Assembly: GCA_040357565.1 (NCBI GenBank)
Contig: JBDODJ010000051.1
Reading direction: 5' to 3' (one strand)
From: Cercozoa sp. M6MM
Taxonomy: Eukaryota; Protista; Endomyxa: Ascetosporea
Length of the DNA: 64,000 bases
Shown: positions 1 to 21,071 of the stretch, in pieces
How positions within the stretch are numbered: the stretch's first letter is position 1
Layout: every line of letters starts with the position of its first letter
Translations under genes and position numbers: made by a program
Notes under the pieces: model-generated
Database searches by the model: none
What the model saw: the letters and a program-made list of their open reading frames with translations, nothing else
Told to the model about the DNA's origin: nothing

Positions 1-58
1 ACTGGTATAATAGTTTGTTTTCCATACAGTTAATATCCAGTCTTTGTTGTTTGAATAG

Positions 59-1634
59 GCGAAACGCATGCCCAAATACCGATAAGTTTGCTAAAGATCA
101 TTCCGACAACGTTCTCGCTTCCGTCAGAGTACTCACTGTTCACCGAGGAGTACCGTCGTTCGCCTTCTTCGATCAAGTGGATTGTGAAACCCGTCAATGG
201 CGCCCAAGGCTCCGGAATTCGTACTTTTCTTCTTCGAAAACTGTCCTGTATTATTGAACTGCTTATTTTAGACATTGCGCGCTCCATTACGAGCATTCGC
301 AAGTGGATTCAGTCCCGTTGGGCACTTCATGCTATCGGTGGTACCCTTTCATACGAGGCGTTCCTCACTTGTATCATATATTGCAGCAGGCAACACAAAC
401 GGTTCAGCGCATCTCTACTGCGGTGCCTCGCTTGGAAGCGGCATGACGATTGCTCCGCAGCAACGCGATTTTGGTCAGTTTAAGTTGTCGTATCTTGTTT
501 GTATAGATTGAACTTACCGTACCTTGTGCTCGTAGTGTGCCAGAAGTATATCGACAAACCGTACACACTTGGTGGCAAAAAGTTCGGTACAATTTACACT
601 CGGTTTTGTTTGTGCTAGTATCCAAAGCAGAAGAATATGAAATCAGACTTGCGACTGTATGCGCTGGTGACGTCGTACCGCCCGCTGCAGCTGTGGATGT
701 ATCTGGACGGGTTTTGCCGCTTCAGTGGCACGAAATACTCCTCTGCTTCGGACACATTGAGCAACGATGCGATGCACCTCACAAACGGTATCGTGCCCCT
801 CAAACTGAAAAGGCTGTGTGGTAACAACTCACACTCGCACGACAGTCGCGGTGCAGAAACGAAGTGGAGAACAGTTCAACTCGCGGCACGGACAAAAGTG
901 GCGACTTGAGAACTTGGAGTTGTATCTGGTATGCGACGTGTCATCTAAGCCACTAAAAAGATAGGTTTGCTGACACAGAACCAAAGTCTCGGAGCACCCG
1001 TGTGGCAGCACGTGTGGCAACAGATTCAAGTGATCGTAGCGACGTCGATATACTCGGTGCAGTCGTCGATGATCAACGACCGGCACTGCTTCGAACTTTA
1101 CGTAATTTTCTGCCGTTCCTTTCTCTAGCTGAGCTCTCGTGAACTCTGATTCGAGTAGGGGTACGACATCCTGCTGGACCAAGACCTTCGTCCGTGGCTT
1201 TTGGAAGTGAATTCGAGTCCGTCTTTGTCTTCGACGACGTTGGAGGATCGTTGCATGAAACGAGCGTTGCTGCGCGACACCTTCGAGATTGTGTCGCGAA
1301 CTTTGCGCGAAAACACTCGCCGGGGCAGTCTCAACAACAGCGGCATTTCTTGTGCAACACCTTTCGCCCTGTGTCGGTAATTTCTATTGGATACGCCGCA
1401 AAGTGCATCACCTCGAGGTTCATTTCTGGCCAAATCTGTCTGTCTGTTCAGTCGGGGAACACGCGTTGGCGACTTTGAGTTGCTCATCAACGAGCACGTG
1501 CATCGTCAGGTATTCCATCTGCTTCTTTGCACGAGCATAGACTAAAAACTGTGGGTTTGCAAGCGTAGCGAGAGCAACGTCGCTCGTCCAACAGTAACAC
1601 CTCGCTGCGCTACGTGCGCGATGGCTGGAAGTAG
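59..1634 (+). CDS. TTLL1: Tubulin polyglutamylase, TTLL1-like (multi-exon, 5' part outside window)
   Basis: Spliced exons give [57 protein letters not shown]|[19 protein letters not shown]|[14 protein letters not shown]|[34 protein letters not shown] and a terminal ...GWK* (TAG 1632-1634). All are TTL-family motifs, closest to TTLL1 as I recall it. Confidence 0.85.
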
Positions 1635-1920
1635 GCCGGTCATGTAGTATTTAATTAGTCCGCCAAGCGTTCGAGTCGAGTACAGTGCATTCGATTTTTA
1701 GTACATTTTCGCATCGAAACTAGCGTACTGCGCTGTAATGTCGCGTACAGTAGGCACCAGCGTAACGAACTGATCATGAACGCAATCGATACCGCCTAAG
1801 TGACGTTAACTGAAGCACTGACGTGCATGACTTACACGACCGTATACGATAGGAAAATTTGTACGCTAGCGTAAGTTACCAGCGTACCGATCCGATCAAC
1901 GCAACTGATTCGGCTCAAAC

Positions 1921-9961
<8,041 letters not shown>

Positions 9962-10415
9962 GCGATAAGATACCTCCTGCCCAACAACAGCGTGACAGAC
10001 TGAATACTCATTTCTCATAAACAATTTTAGAACTCACCCGACACTACACCAACGTTATGCGCGTGCACGTGCGTGCAGATTTTCCTACAATTCCGTGTGC
10101 ACTAGGCAGAGAAATGGTGGTCTTCAGAATCCACTACAGTAACCGATCTGGCTCCACTGATCACGTTCTGGATCCGTTTTGGGCTGGGTGTGCTCACTGC
10201 GGGTATTTTCAGTTTATCAGAGTATACAACAGTTGCCTAGCATTTAGTTTTGGTTCTAAATACGATAAAGTAAGTAAAATCCGCGAAGGTACAGCAGAAA
10301 TGTCGAGAATGACATAACCAACGCCACGCGCGCAAAGGAGCGTGCCCAAGCGTTTCTCTTTCCAACAGCATTTCTTTTGTTTTGACTTGTTTCATTACAA
10401 CACACGCACATCACA

Positions 10416-11787
<1,372 letters not shown>

Positions 11788-12623
11788 ACCCTCGGCGGCC
11801 ACCGGCCACCCACTGTTCCGGCGTTCCCCACTTGCTGTCCTGTGCTGCTTTGGTCGCTGCGTGTAGTAGTTTTTCGTTTTCTTGTTTGCTTGTACAGTTG
11901 TTACTGCGGCTTAATGGCCTCCACTCCAACTTCAGTTAGAGTCTGCAGATCCTTTCGTTTACTGACGTGACTATCTGCCTCCTCCGGCTCCAGATCCCTC
12001 GCTGGGCTTGGTCGACGGTATAGGCCCCAAGGTCGATCTCGGCGTGTCAGTTAACTTTCGCTATTGCTCTCGTTCTTTTGTCTCATAGTTGCCATTTTAG
12101 TGCTTCTCGGTGCCCGGCTGTATCGTACTGCTAGTGGCACACTTAGGAATACGTTAGCGAATCCGGGAGACCTAAAGAAGTCCTTTTCCAACTCCAGTTA
12201 AAGATTAACGTTCAGTCGGTCGTCTGTTTAAAAAAGTTGGCAGTCGGTGCTCAGCGCATGTTCTGGACTACGGCCATATGCCGGCTTGTGAACCCCAGGG
12301 CAGCTACTGTAAACTGTAACTGTCTTCGTCTGAATGAACAACTTGGTTTCAATTAATCTGCCGACCAGTTGCGTTGCCGTAGATTTCCAAGCGCAACCCG
12401 AAATCTGCGTAAACTGACAAAGTCCGAATGCAAGACACCCTCTGCAAGCGGCGGGTGCTCACGCGCAACGGATTCACTCAAAAACGAGAGAGTCGTGTGT
12501 TTAAAGACTGTAGTTTGGCACAGGTAGCAAAGCTCTGGCCCTGCTTAGCTGACGTTGTGCCCTGAAGACTTGTTGAAAAGAAATCTCTCCTTTGGGAGTT
12601 GCCAACCTTGTGACTTGAAACTG

Positions 12624-13315
12624 ATGAAATTGCTTCTCGGGATCTCGCTTCTGGGCACCGCTGCTGCTGCAGGTATCGTTGAGCTTTCGGTTTAGCCGAT
12701 CCGATGCATGTTTAACAAGGGGCTTGTTGTTCAGCAGCAGTGCCGGATTTGGCGGATTTGTTCTCACCGCAAGAACTCGCTGGCATGCGGCGTGAGCATG
12801 CAAGACTCCAGGCCGAGTTCCAAGTGCAACAGCAAGCATTCCAGGCTCAAAAGGATAACGCAATTCAAGCCTTGGATGTTAATCAAGCTTGCAAGACAGC
12901 GCTAGATTCAGCAATCGTCCCGGGTGACAGCTTGACAACTACGGTAAATTACAAAAGACCATTACTGGTGCTTACAGTTTATTGTAACATTAACTTGTGG
13001 CGTGGCTATAGTTGCAAAACGTGCAAACTGTCCTCAACAGTCCGCAGTGCACTCGAGGCGTCAACCGTGCTGAGGCAGAAATGTATGGTGCTGCCGTGGT
13101 CAATGCCGCCTTCCCGCCGCGTGCGACAGAGGCACAGGCACTGCCTCGGAGAGGTCTGCAACCTCCTCTCGGTTTTCCTCCTCCCGGTCCTCCTCCTCTC
13201 GGTCCTTCTCCTCCCGGTCCTCCTCCTCCCGGTCCTCCTACTCCCGGTCCTCCTCCTCCCGGTCCTCCTCATCGCCGAGAAGAACCTCCGCAGGTAGTGT
13301 CTGCTGTGCTGTGTG

Positions 13316-13369
<54 letters not shown>

Positions 13370-13379
13370 NNNNNNNNNN

Positions 13380-13427
<48 letters not shown>

Positions 13428-15321
13428 GCACTTGTTTTTCTGGAACAGGAACTGCTCACACCACCGAGACGTCCACCTCCAGTTCAACCCGTTGCCCCGC
13501 GAGTAGAGCGATACCCTGCCCCAACGGTTCCTTAGTTTAGCCTCTTGCATCTCCTGCCTTTAGTTTGTATCCGGTGTGTGTTGTTCTACAGGCCGTCGAG
13601 GCTGAGCCCGAGGAGGAAGCAGTCACTCCTCTATTTGCCACGGTACGCGAGTTGGAGGTACACACACTCCGGGTCTTTCCTGTGACACATGTCTCTCAAT
13701 TTGCCTACAGACGGAGGAACCTGCGACACCTGTACAGGTGACTCCTGAGCCGGAGGTACTTCCGACCTCACTCTCTGTGACTGTACTCCTCTTGAGTTCA
13801 GCTGTGTGTATGTGACTCAGAGAGAACGCGAAGAAATGCGACGACTCTTGGTTCAGAGAGAGCCAGTTCTTACGGAGCAGCAACGCCTTGGAGAGTACCA
13901 TGAACGCGCCGCCCGAAAATGGAACATCGACAGCGACCGAGCTGCCCAAACTGCCAATGCTGGCTTCAATCAGTTGCACGAACTTGCGGAACAACTTGAC
14001 CATCCAGGTCAAGAATTCCACCAGAAAATCGACACGATGATCACAGACTTCACAAAGCGACTGGACGAACTGCGGGAAAAAGTGAGAATGTCCGTGGTGG
14101 CAAATACACAACGCATGGTGGACTTTATTATCGACCAATGGACGCAAGACCTGCAGCAGTGGCAGAACGACGCTAGAACTGCTCAGGAGGCACTGTACGA
14201 AGAGTTGGAACAAGCACTTCAAGCCCAGGTAATTTGTATCACAGACTAGACCTTTGTGTCGACATCTCTGAACTCTGTTGAGACAGGAAGAACACAAGTC
14301 GGCGAGATTCCCGGTTCCTTGCTACTGTCACTTTTCGTCGACCCTGACCCAAGCCGACCCTTCTTTTTTTTTACTCTGTTGGTTCTGTAGGTTGTACGCG
14401 ACTTGGGACCTGAGTTGGTACACACAGACTCTGTCACCTTTGTAGGTGCATTCATTTCGTTGTTGACTACAGAGAGAGGGGCCGCCCGCTGGAACCGGCG
14501 CCGTCCCAGTAAGTCTCCTCTTTGAAACTGCCCACCATGAAACATGAAATGAACATGGGATTGCAGTGGGAGCCGACATCGCGTCATGCTCGTGAAACAA
14601 GACCAGCAGAATTAGTACTGTCCTTACTTCCTTCATGTTGTTACTATCACAATGTACCATCACGGTGGCTGCAGGAACGAGAACGTCTCGACCGGGAGAA
14701 ACTTGAACTCGCAGAGGACATGGCTGCATTCGATGCTCGCATGCGCACAGAGTTGGAGACACATGCAGCTCGACTCCCTGCGACACCAATTGAACAAGTG
14801 ACTCCTGAAGCCGCAGTACCCTGGCTACCTGCCGCGCCTCGAAAACCGGTACCTGCGACCTCCCTCTTTGTGACTGTGTCAGATGCAACAACTCACAACT
14901 TAGCCTCAAACAACACAACGTCCTCCCACACTCGAAGTGGTACCCATGCTAGTAAGTTTATTCTGTCGTGTATGAAATTGATTGATTGAATGTAGGGAAC
15001 ACCTGAATTCGCACCTCGTGTACTCTCAGTTTTGCTGAAGGGTGTAATTTTCAAAGAAGAGTGTCTGTTTGTGGGACTCACAGTTGAGTCTGACTCCTTC
15101 CACGATCACCACTGTACTCTAACTTACTGTGGCGTATGTCTTGACCCTACCTGCTGTCTCACAGGAAGGCGAGGTTCCTCCTGCTGCGACTGGAACCCCG
15201 ACCACAGTGAGTCTTTCTCCATCATTCGTTGTTGTGTGTTTACACCGCATTGTTTTTTGCAGGCGACTTCGACCCCCGAAAGCTCGCCTGCGTCTTTCCC
15301 CGGAGTAACTTGAGAACCATC

Positions 15322-15371
<50 letters not shown>

Positions 15372-15381
15372 NNNNNNNNNN

Positions 15382-15473
<92 letters not shown>

Positions 15474-18400
15474 GCACCAGGCGCCTTCAGCTTTTGAAAG
15501 ACTGACTGAGAGTCCGTTGCCCTCGGAAGAAGAAGAGACTTGGAAATATGAGGAAGAAGAGGTACTGCTGAACTCAAAGAACTCGATTCTACCTGACACA
15601 TTTTAAACTGGGACCGCTCAGTGGCCCGTGGAGCAAGAAGAAAGAGAACTGGCACGTGCCGAAAAAGATCAGTTGGACCTCACCTTGCGAACCTGCTATG
15701 GCGAAGTTGTCGTTGCATACGATAAAGCCAGAGCGCGCACACAGCGTGCGGTTGAAGGTCTCGCCGGCATGCCGCGTCTACTGCCTGAGGTATAATTTAC
15801 ACTCACTTTGTGGTCAGACTGTACACTTCTCTTTCTTAGGAAGAAGTTGCGCACGTTGAACAACAACTGCAACAGCTGCAGCAGCAAGTGGAACGAAGCT
15901 TTGAAGGTCTCAAACGGGAGCAAGAAGCGCAGTTATTAGACCTGCTTCGCCAAATTCAGCAAGCTCAAACCCAGGTACGATAGCTTCCTCTAACTTGACC
16001 AGTCAAACTGATCTATTTTGCGTCCTCAGGATGACACTCAACGATTGCGAGCTTTAGCTGACAACATGTGCCGTGCTGCCGAATTCAAAGTGCATCAGCT
16101 GGAAGACAACCTCCGTGCTGCTACAGAAGACTTTAGACAAAACTTGCAGCGCCTTATCGAAGCTGCTCGTCAGCGAGAGGTGCCTTTTACTCTCCAAACA
16201 AGCCATGGACATTGTATACAATTGAGCTGACTGGACAGCTTGCCGAACAAGCTGCACTGCGCCGACAGGTTGAACAGCTCCGACAAAAGCAGCTGCAAGG
16301 ACCCACTCCCGCCCGAGCCGCCGAAGAACTCGCTCGTGCCGAAGCAGAACTCGCTGCATTCGATGCAGAACAAGCGCATCGAGCAGCAGAAGCAGAGGCA
16401 ATTGAAGCAGCAGCCGTCCGCGCGGAGGAAATACAACAAGAAATGGCTAAGACCATTGCAACAGAGGCTGAAACACGAGCTGAGCTGGAGCAAGAACAAC
16501 GTCTTGCGGCTGCAACTTTTGGTCAAATTCAAGCACAACGCGGCCTTCTCGAACGTGAACAACGAGCGGAACAAGTCCAACGCAAACAGAAGCAGTTGCA
16601 GTTCCTGCTGCGACAGGAAGAAGAAAGAAAGCAAGCCGAAGAAGAACGTGCCGCACGTCTGCGTGGACTGCTACAACCTCCGACTCCTCCAGTCGCACCT
16701 CAGGCACCTGAGGCACCTGTACAATTACCATTCCTGGGGCTATTTCGGTACTTTTGCACATATAATCTAAACAGGAGCTAGCGCCTACCGGTGCACCTGT
16801 CGCTGCATACCCAACACTGGTGCGCGACGTGTCGGTACAGTCCATCAGTCCTTCGTCTGTCTTTTCTTTAAGCAGCATCGTCAGTCCTGCGTGCATTATA
16901 ATCAGGTTAAAATGGAAGAAGCAACGACACCACGTACTACTGAAGGCCCTGCCGGACCGCCTGCTGTTCCTGTGGTATTGATCCACACACAGGAGATTGT
17001 TTTGATACCGTATGTGCGTGTCAGGCCGAACCAGTGGTGCCTGCGCCTGTCGCAGAAACACCTGCAGTCCCAGCAACCGGCGTTCCATCACCCGTACTCT
17101 TTTTTTTTTTTTGTTGATGAACTTCCAGTTCAGTCGCCTGTTTGAGTGTGTCTGTGGCTGCAGGAGAAACAAGCTGAGATTGAAGACATCATGCGCCAGC
17201 TCGTGGTTAATTTTATCCTTCAACTTTCCAAAGACGAGCACTTGATGTAGGAACACGTCGCTGCACTGCCTCCCGAGCGGATCATTCACGGTCCCGAGAA
17301 GGTTCCCCCGGTCACACCTCCGACATCGAGAGCTCCTGTAGTATCCCACTTGCTGTGCACAATACCTGTCTCTCTTTCTGTCTCTTACAGTGTGTATGTG
17401 TGCCCCGGTGTGTTCTCTGAGCAGTCTCCCACAGGGGAGGTACTTTATTCTCTTGTATGCACCCCCAGCAGCTTGTTTATAAACGTGTACTTGAAAAGAG
17501 ACCCTCACATCGCTTGCCCAAACGACAAGCTGAAGCTCTGAGAGGACCTGCTGCACAAGATGAACTCCAAGAGCGACTGCGCCACGCTGAACAAGCCGCA
17601 ACGGCAGTGGGAGAAGCCGAGATTGAAGCCTTGGTATCTAAATTTTAGATGTTATTTTCTTTATTGTGTGGCGGTCTTTAAATTTACATTTGTCGCATAC
17701 AATAATATTCAGCTGCTTTATCAAAAACTACATTATTGTATATTCATTACCGTTTTTCGGCAGCAACGACAAGCAGAGCTGGAACAGCATCTGCTTCAGG
17801 TCACACTGACTGAATTGGAACGAATCAAGGCTGCAGCGGCAGCAAAAGAAGTCGAGATTCTGCCACTACTGCAGCAGCTTCCTCAGCAGGTAAGGCGTTT
17901 GGTTTCTCGGGCATTCACTACTACCCTGTGTTTCTGTGTGTTGGCAGTTTCAAGCAGTTGTTCAACAAGAACTGGACAGTCTAATTCGAGAAATCAACCA
18001 AGCTGTCGAACAACATCAAACCCAACCACTCGATCAGTTGCGCACCGAATTTGAACAGTCGCCAGAGCAGTTCGAGGCGACTGTCCAAGAAGCGATGGAA
18101 CAACTGGCGAATCTCGAGCGACGCTGTGTCCGAGCACTGGAAGAATTGAAGCAACGGGTTCTTGGCACTTTGGTAAATTCAACCTCTGAACCACAAGCTA
18201 TACGTTGAACCCACATTCGTTATTCGTTTGCAGCAAGGCGTTAAAGAACTTCGTGAACGCACTCGAAACCACAAGGCGAGAGTTCTGCAAGAACTCGAAA
18301 CGGCACTGCAAAGTCACATTGGGGGCATGAAGGCTCGCCTTACAGAACCGCAGGTCCCTTTCACTTCTTTCTCCACTGCTTGCACTTCCTTCAATTTGAG

Positions 18401-19066
18401 AGCACTGCGTATCCCGGCATGATGTTTGACTTTTTGGCAGACGGGTGCAACTCCCGAGCGGCAGGCAGCACTGGAGGCAATGCAGCAGCAGTTTGGAGAA
18501 CAGAACACTGCAATGAATCAACGCATTGAAGAAACACGTGCCATGCTCGAGCAGCGTACTGCGCAGCTGGCTGCCGAAGTACTTTGCCGACTTCACTTTG
18601 AAGCTGTTATTATTATTTGTCCGGCAGGATGAAGCTGCTGAAGTCATCCGACAACTGGAAGAACTGCACACGGAGGCGATGACTTTGATGCGAGCCCAGC
18701 ACGAAGCACTAATGAAGCTGCTCGAACCTGTACCCCGACTCTTGTGTGTGCGTGAGTGTGTGTGTGTGCGTGTGTGTGTGTGCGTGTGTGTGTGTGTGTG
18801 CGTGCGTGCGTGTGTGTCACTTGACGACGTGTCTGCATGGGTAGGAAGTGGAGGTAGAGGAAGAAGAGGAGGAAGAGGAAGAAGAGGAAGGAGAGGAGAA
18901 AGAAGAGGAAGGAGAGGAGAAAGAAGAGCCAGAGGTGCCTCCTCCGGCAGCCCCTCCGGCAGCAGCCCCTCCAGCAGCCACTCCAGCTCGCCGATGGGGC
19001 TTCACGGACCTCCCTCGAGCGGCCCTCTCGACACTGACGTTTGGCTGGGTGCGACCTCCAGCATAG
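12624..19066 (+). CDS. Large secreted protein (~1,300 aa, ~35 exons): signal peptide, GPPPP repeats, helical/coiled-coil blocks alternating with Pro/Thr-rich micro-exons, acidic tract, C-terminal ALSTLTFGWVRPPA tail
   Basis: MKLLLGISLLGTAAAA|AAVPDL... signal peptide, followed by a continuous chain of AG/GT-bounded in-frame exons to TAG at 19064-19066. No family recognised. Confidence 0.75.
13310..13426. repeat. (GT)n microsatellite in intron, contains 10-N gap
   Basis: Direct reading. Confidence 0.95.
15323..15466. repeat. (CA)n microsatellite in intron, contains 10-N gap
   Basis: Direct reading. Confidence 0.95.
18744..18818. repeat. Imperfect (GT/GC)n microsatellite in intron
   Basis: Direct reading. 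Confidence 0.9.
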
Positions 19067-19342
19067 TCGCTGAAGTCTTGATGGACACCGACATTATCGA
19101 ACACTCACATCAGTTCTTTGACATGGCGCTAAGCTGAGTAAAAAAAAAAGAAGCGCTAACACCCCACATCACATTTTAGCACACACGGACACGCACGCCC
19201 TCTTTCCGTCAAAGTAAGAGGATGATCAAAACCGCCGTTAAAAAAAAAAGAAACGCCCATTCTGGTATTTTCTGAAGCTGGAAGTGTGCTCAATCACTAC
19301 ATTCTGACAGCTGTCCACCAGCGGAGGTGTGCAGCAGCAGCC

Positions 19343-20469
19343 ATGGGTCTCGTGAGCTCTCGTCGTTTCCGTCCCGATCGGGTTGCAGACGGTTCGAGTT
19401 CCGATCAAAATCAATCGGCACATCACACCACTGCCGCTGGCAGGTGGGACTCTTTGGTCGGCAGTTGGCAGAATCCCCTAGACGCAAAGGCACCAGCTGA
19501 CTCAGATGGCGTGCTAGTGCTCGGCAGCTGCCAGTCGTAACTTGCCTTTACACAATAGGCTGAATTGAGTCAAATCACGTTTTTATCCCCCAGCGGCCGC
19601 GAGTGTTTTGTGAATCTCGTGCGGCGTCGCTCGCTGCTGCAGGCTCCATGCGAGCTGCCTCCGTCGCCAGTGTGTGGTAGAACACAGCTACATTCACAGA
19701 CCGTACCCGAAGCAGTACGTCTTTTGTACAGCCGTGGAAACGCCGCGAGTCGAGCTTGAGTCGCACGAACTGCCCAGTTTGGGGTACAGCAAAAACAGTA
19801 CACGTGAACAGCGTGCCCATTTTGTGAGTGTTTAGTGGGTTCTTTGCGCACGCTCGCATCCCTGAAGAAGTAGTCCGCAACACTGCCAGTTGCGGCGTCG
19901 TTTTCACGGTAGAGCTCGAGCGAAAGAAAAACTGGTGCAGAAATTGATTGGCGGATTTTGGATTTGCAGATCGACTCAGCAGCAGCGATGAAGTGCAATC
20001 GAAATTCGCCGCGAAACGTAGCACAATTGCGAGCTCAGATGATAGAGTTTGCGCGCAGTGACGCTGCTGCCAGGGTGCCCATCGTTGTGGCACTTTTCAA
20101 CGCCTACCCAAACGAGCGAAAGGCCTTGAAGTTTGCATGCCAAGAACTGTACAATTGTACCACTGTTCTCAAGCTGCTTTGTAACAGAGTTTTTGATGTG
20201 CAGTAAGCTCTCTGCGTTGGCGAAACGAGTGTGTGCACCTTTACTTTGCCTCGTCATCCGCGAGTCGGAAAATGTAGCCACGTGCCTGTTGAAAACGAGT
20301 TTGAATTCCCCTTAATCTTGTCTGCATGCAGGTCGCTAAACAGTTCGATTTTACCTCACGCCGAAGCTCTGCCGAAAGTGTTCGCCGAGCAGTGTCGTGG
20401 TTGCAGGTACAGTCGTGGCTTTTAGTGTAATTTAGTTTAACATCACAGGGACTTCACGGCAATAAATAG
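19343..20469 (+). CDS. Arf/Arl-like small GTPase-fold protein with degenerate G motifs (stop at 20469 or 20504 depending on last acceptor)
   Basis: MGLVSS (myristoylation-type start), VLVLGSCQS|GRECFVNLV (G1 position), VELESHELPSLG|G (G3 position), GVVFT|IDSA, RVPIVVALFNAY (G4 position), QEL|KLSALAKR, SVRRAVSWLQ (Arf C-terminal helix). Order and spacing match the Arf family. Confidence 0.55.
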
Positions 20470-21071
20470 AACCCCTTAAGGCGATTTCGGTCGTCCTACG
20501 ATGACTTTAGCGATATCCTGCGCGACTGGTTGCACCAGCAGCAAAGCGACTCGGACACTGAAACTGACAAAAAAAGCCGATTCAGCGCCAAACTTGACGT
20601 CGTGCTGTCGCTAGTGGCGGATTTTGCTGAAGGCGAAGCGTCGCAGTTCTGCCAGTTTCGTCACGACGGTACAATGCGTTTCTCGACATTATCCGCGCAG
20701 ACGAGGCACCGACACGCGTTTGCCGTCGCTGTTGGTGCCGAGGATTACTAATCAGTTGCCCTCGTTTCAGAATCTGGCCGGATTGGCGTACTGTAGGGCC
20801 GTGAGTCTGGCAAAAATGCTTCTCCTTTAAACTGAATGCACTCAATGCACGGCAGCGCGTGTGCAAGCGACGGGTTTTAAGCTTTGAAATTGAATGATTA
20901 AAACTCTGGTTTAGATTACTTCCCAGTATTCGCATAAATTTCTGTGTGAAAACAGCATCCACGCACTTGTACGCTGAGGCACGCTGAGACAAGGTACAGA
21001 CAGTGTCGATTGCCAAACGAGACTTTGCTTCAGCCGGGTTGCGTTAAATTTGCAGAGCACGAAGAAACCCG

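Noticed and set aside
13006-15655. Poly-HT / poly-CV ORFs
   Set aside because: Translations of intronic (GT)n/(CA)n microsatellites.
20480-21016. Short ORFs between the Arf-like and small secreted genes
   Set aside because: No consistent start or splice model and no recognisable motif.
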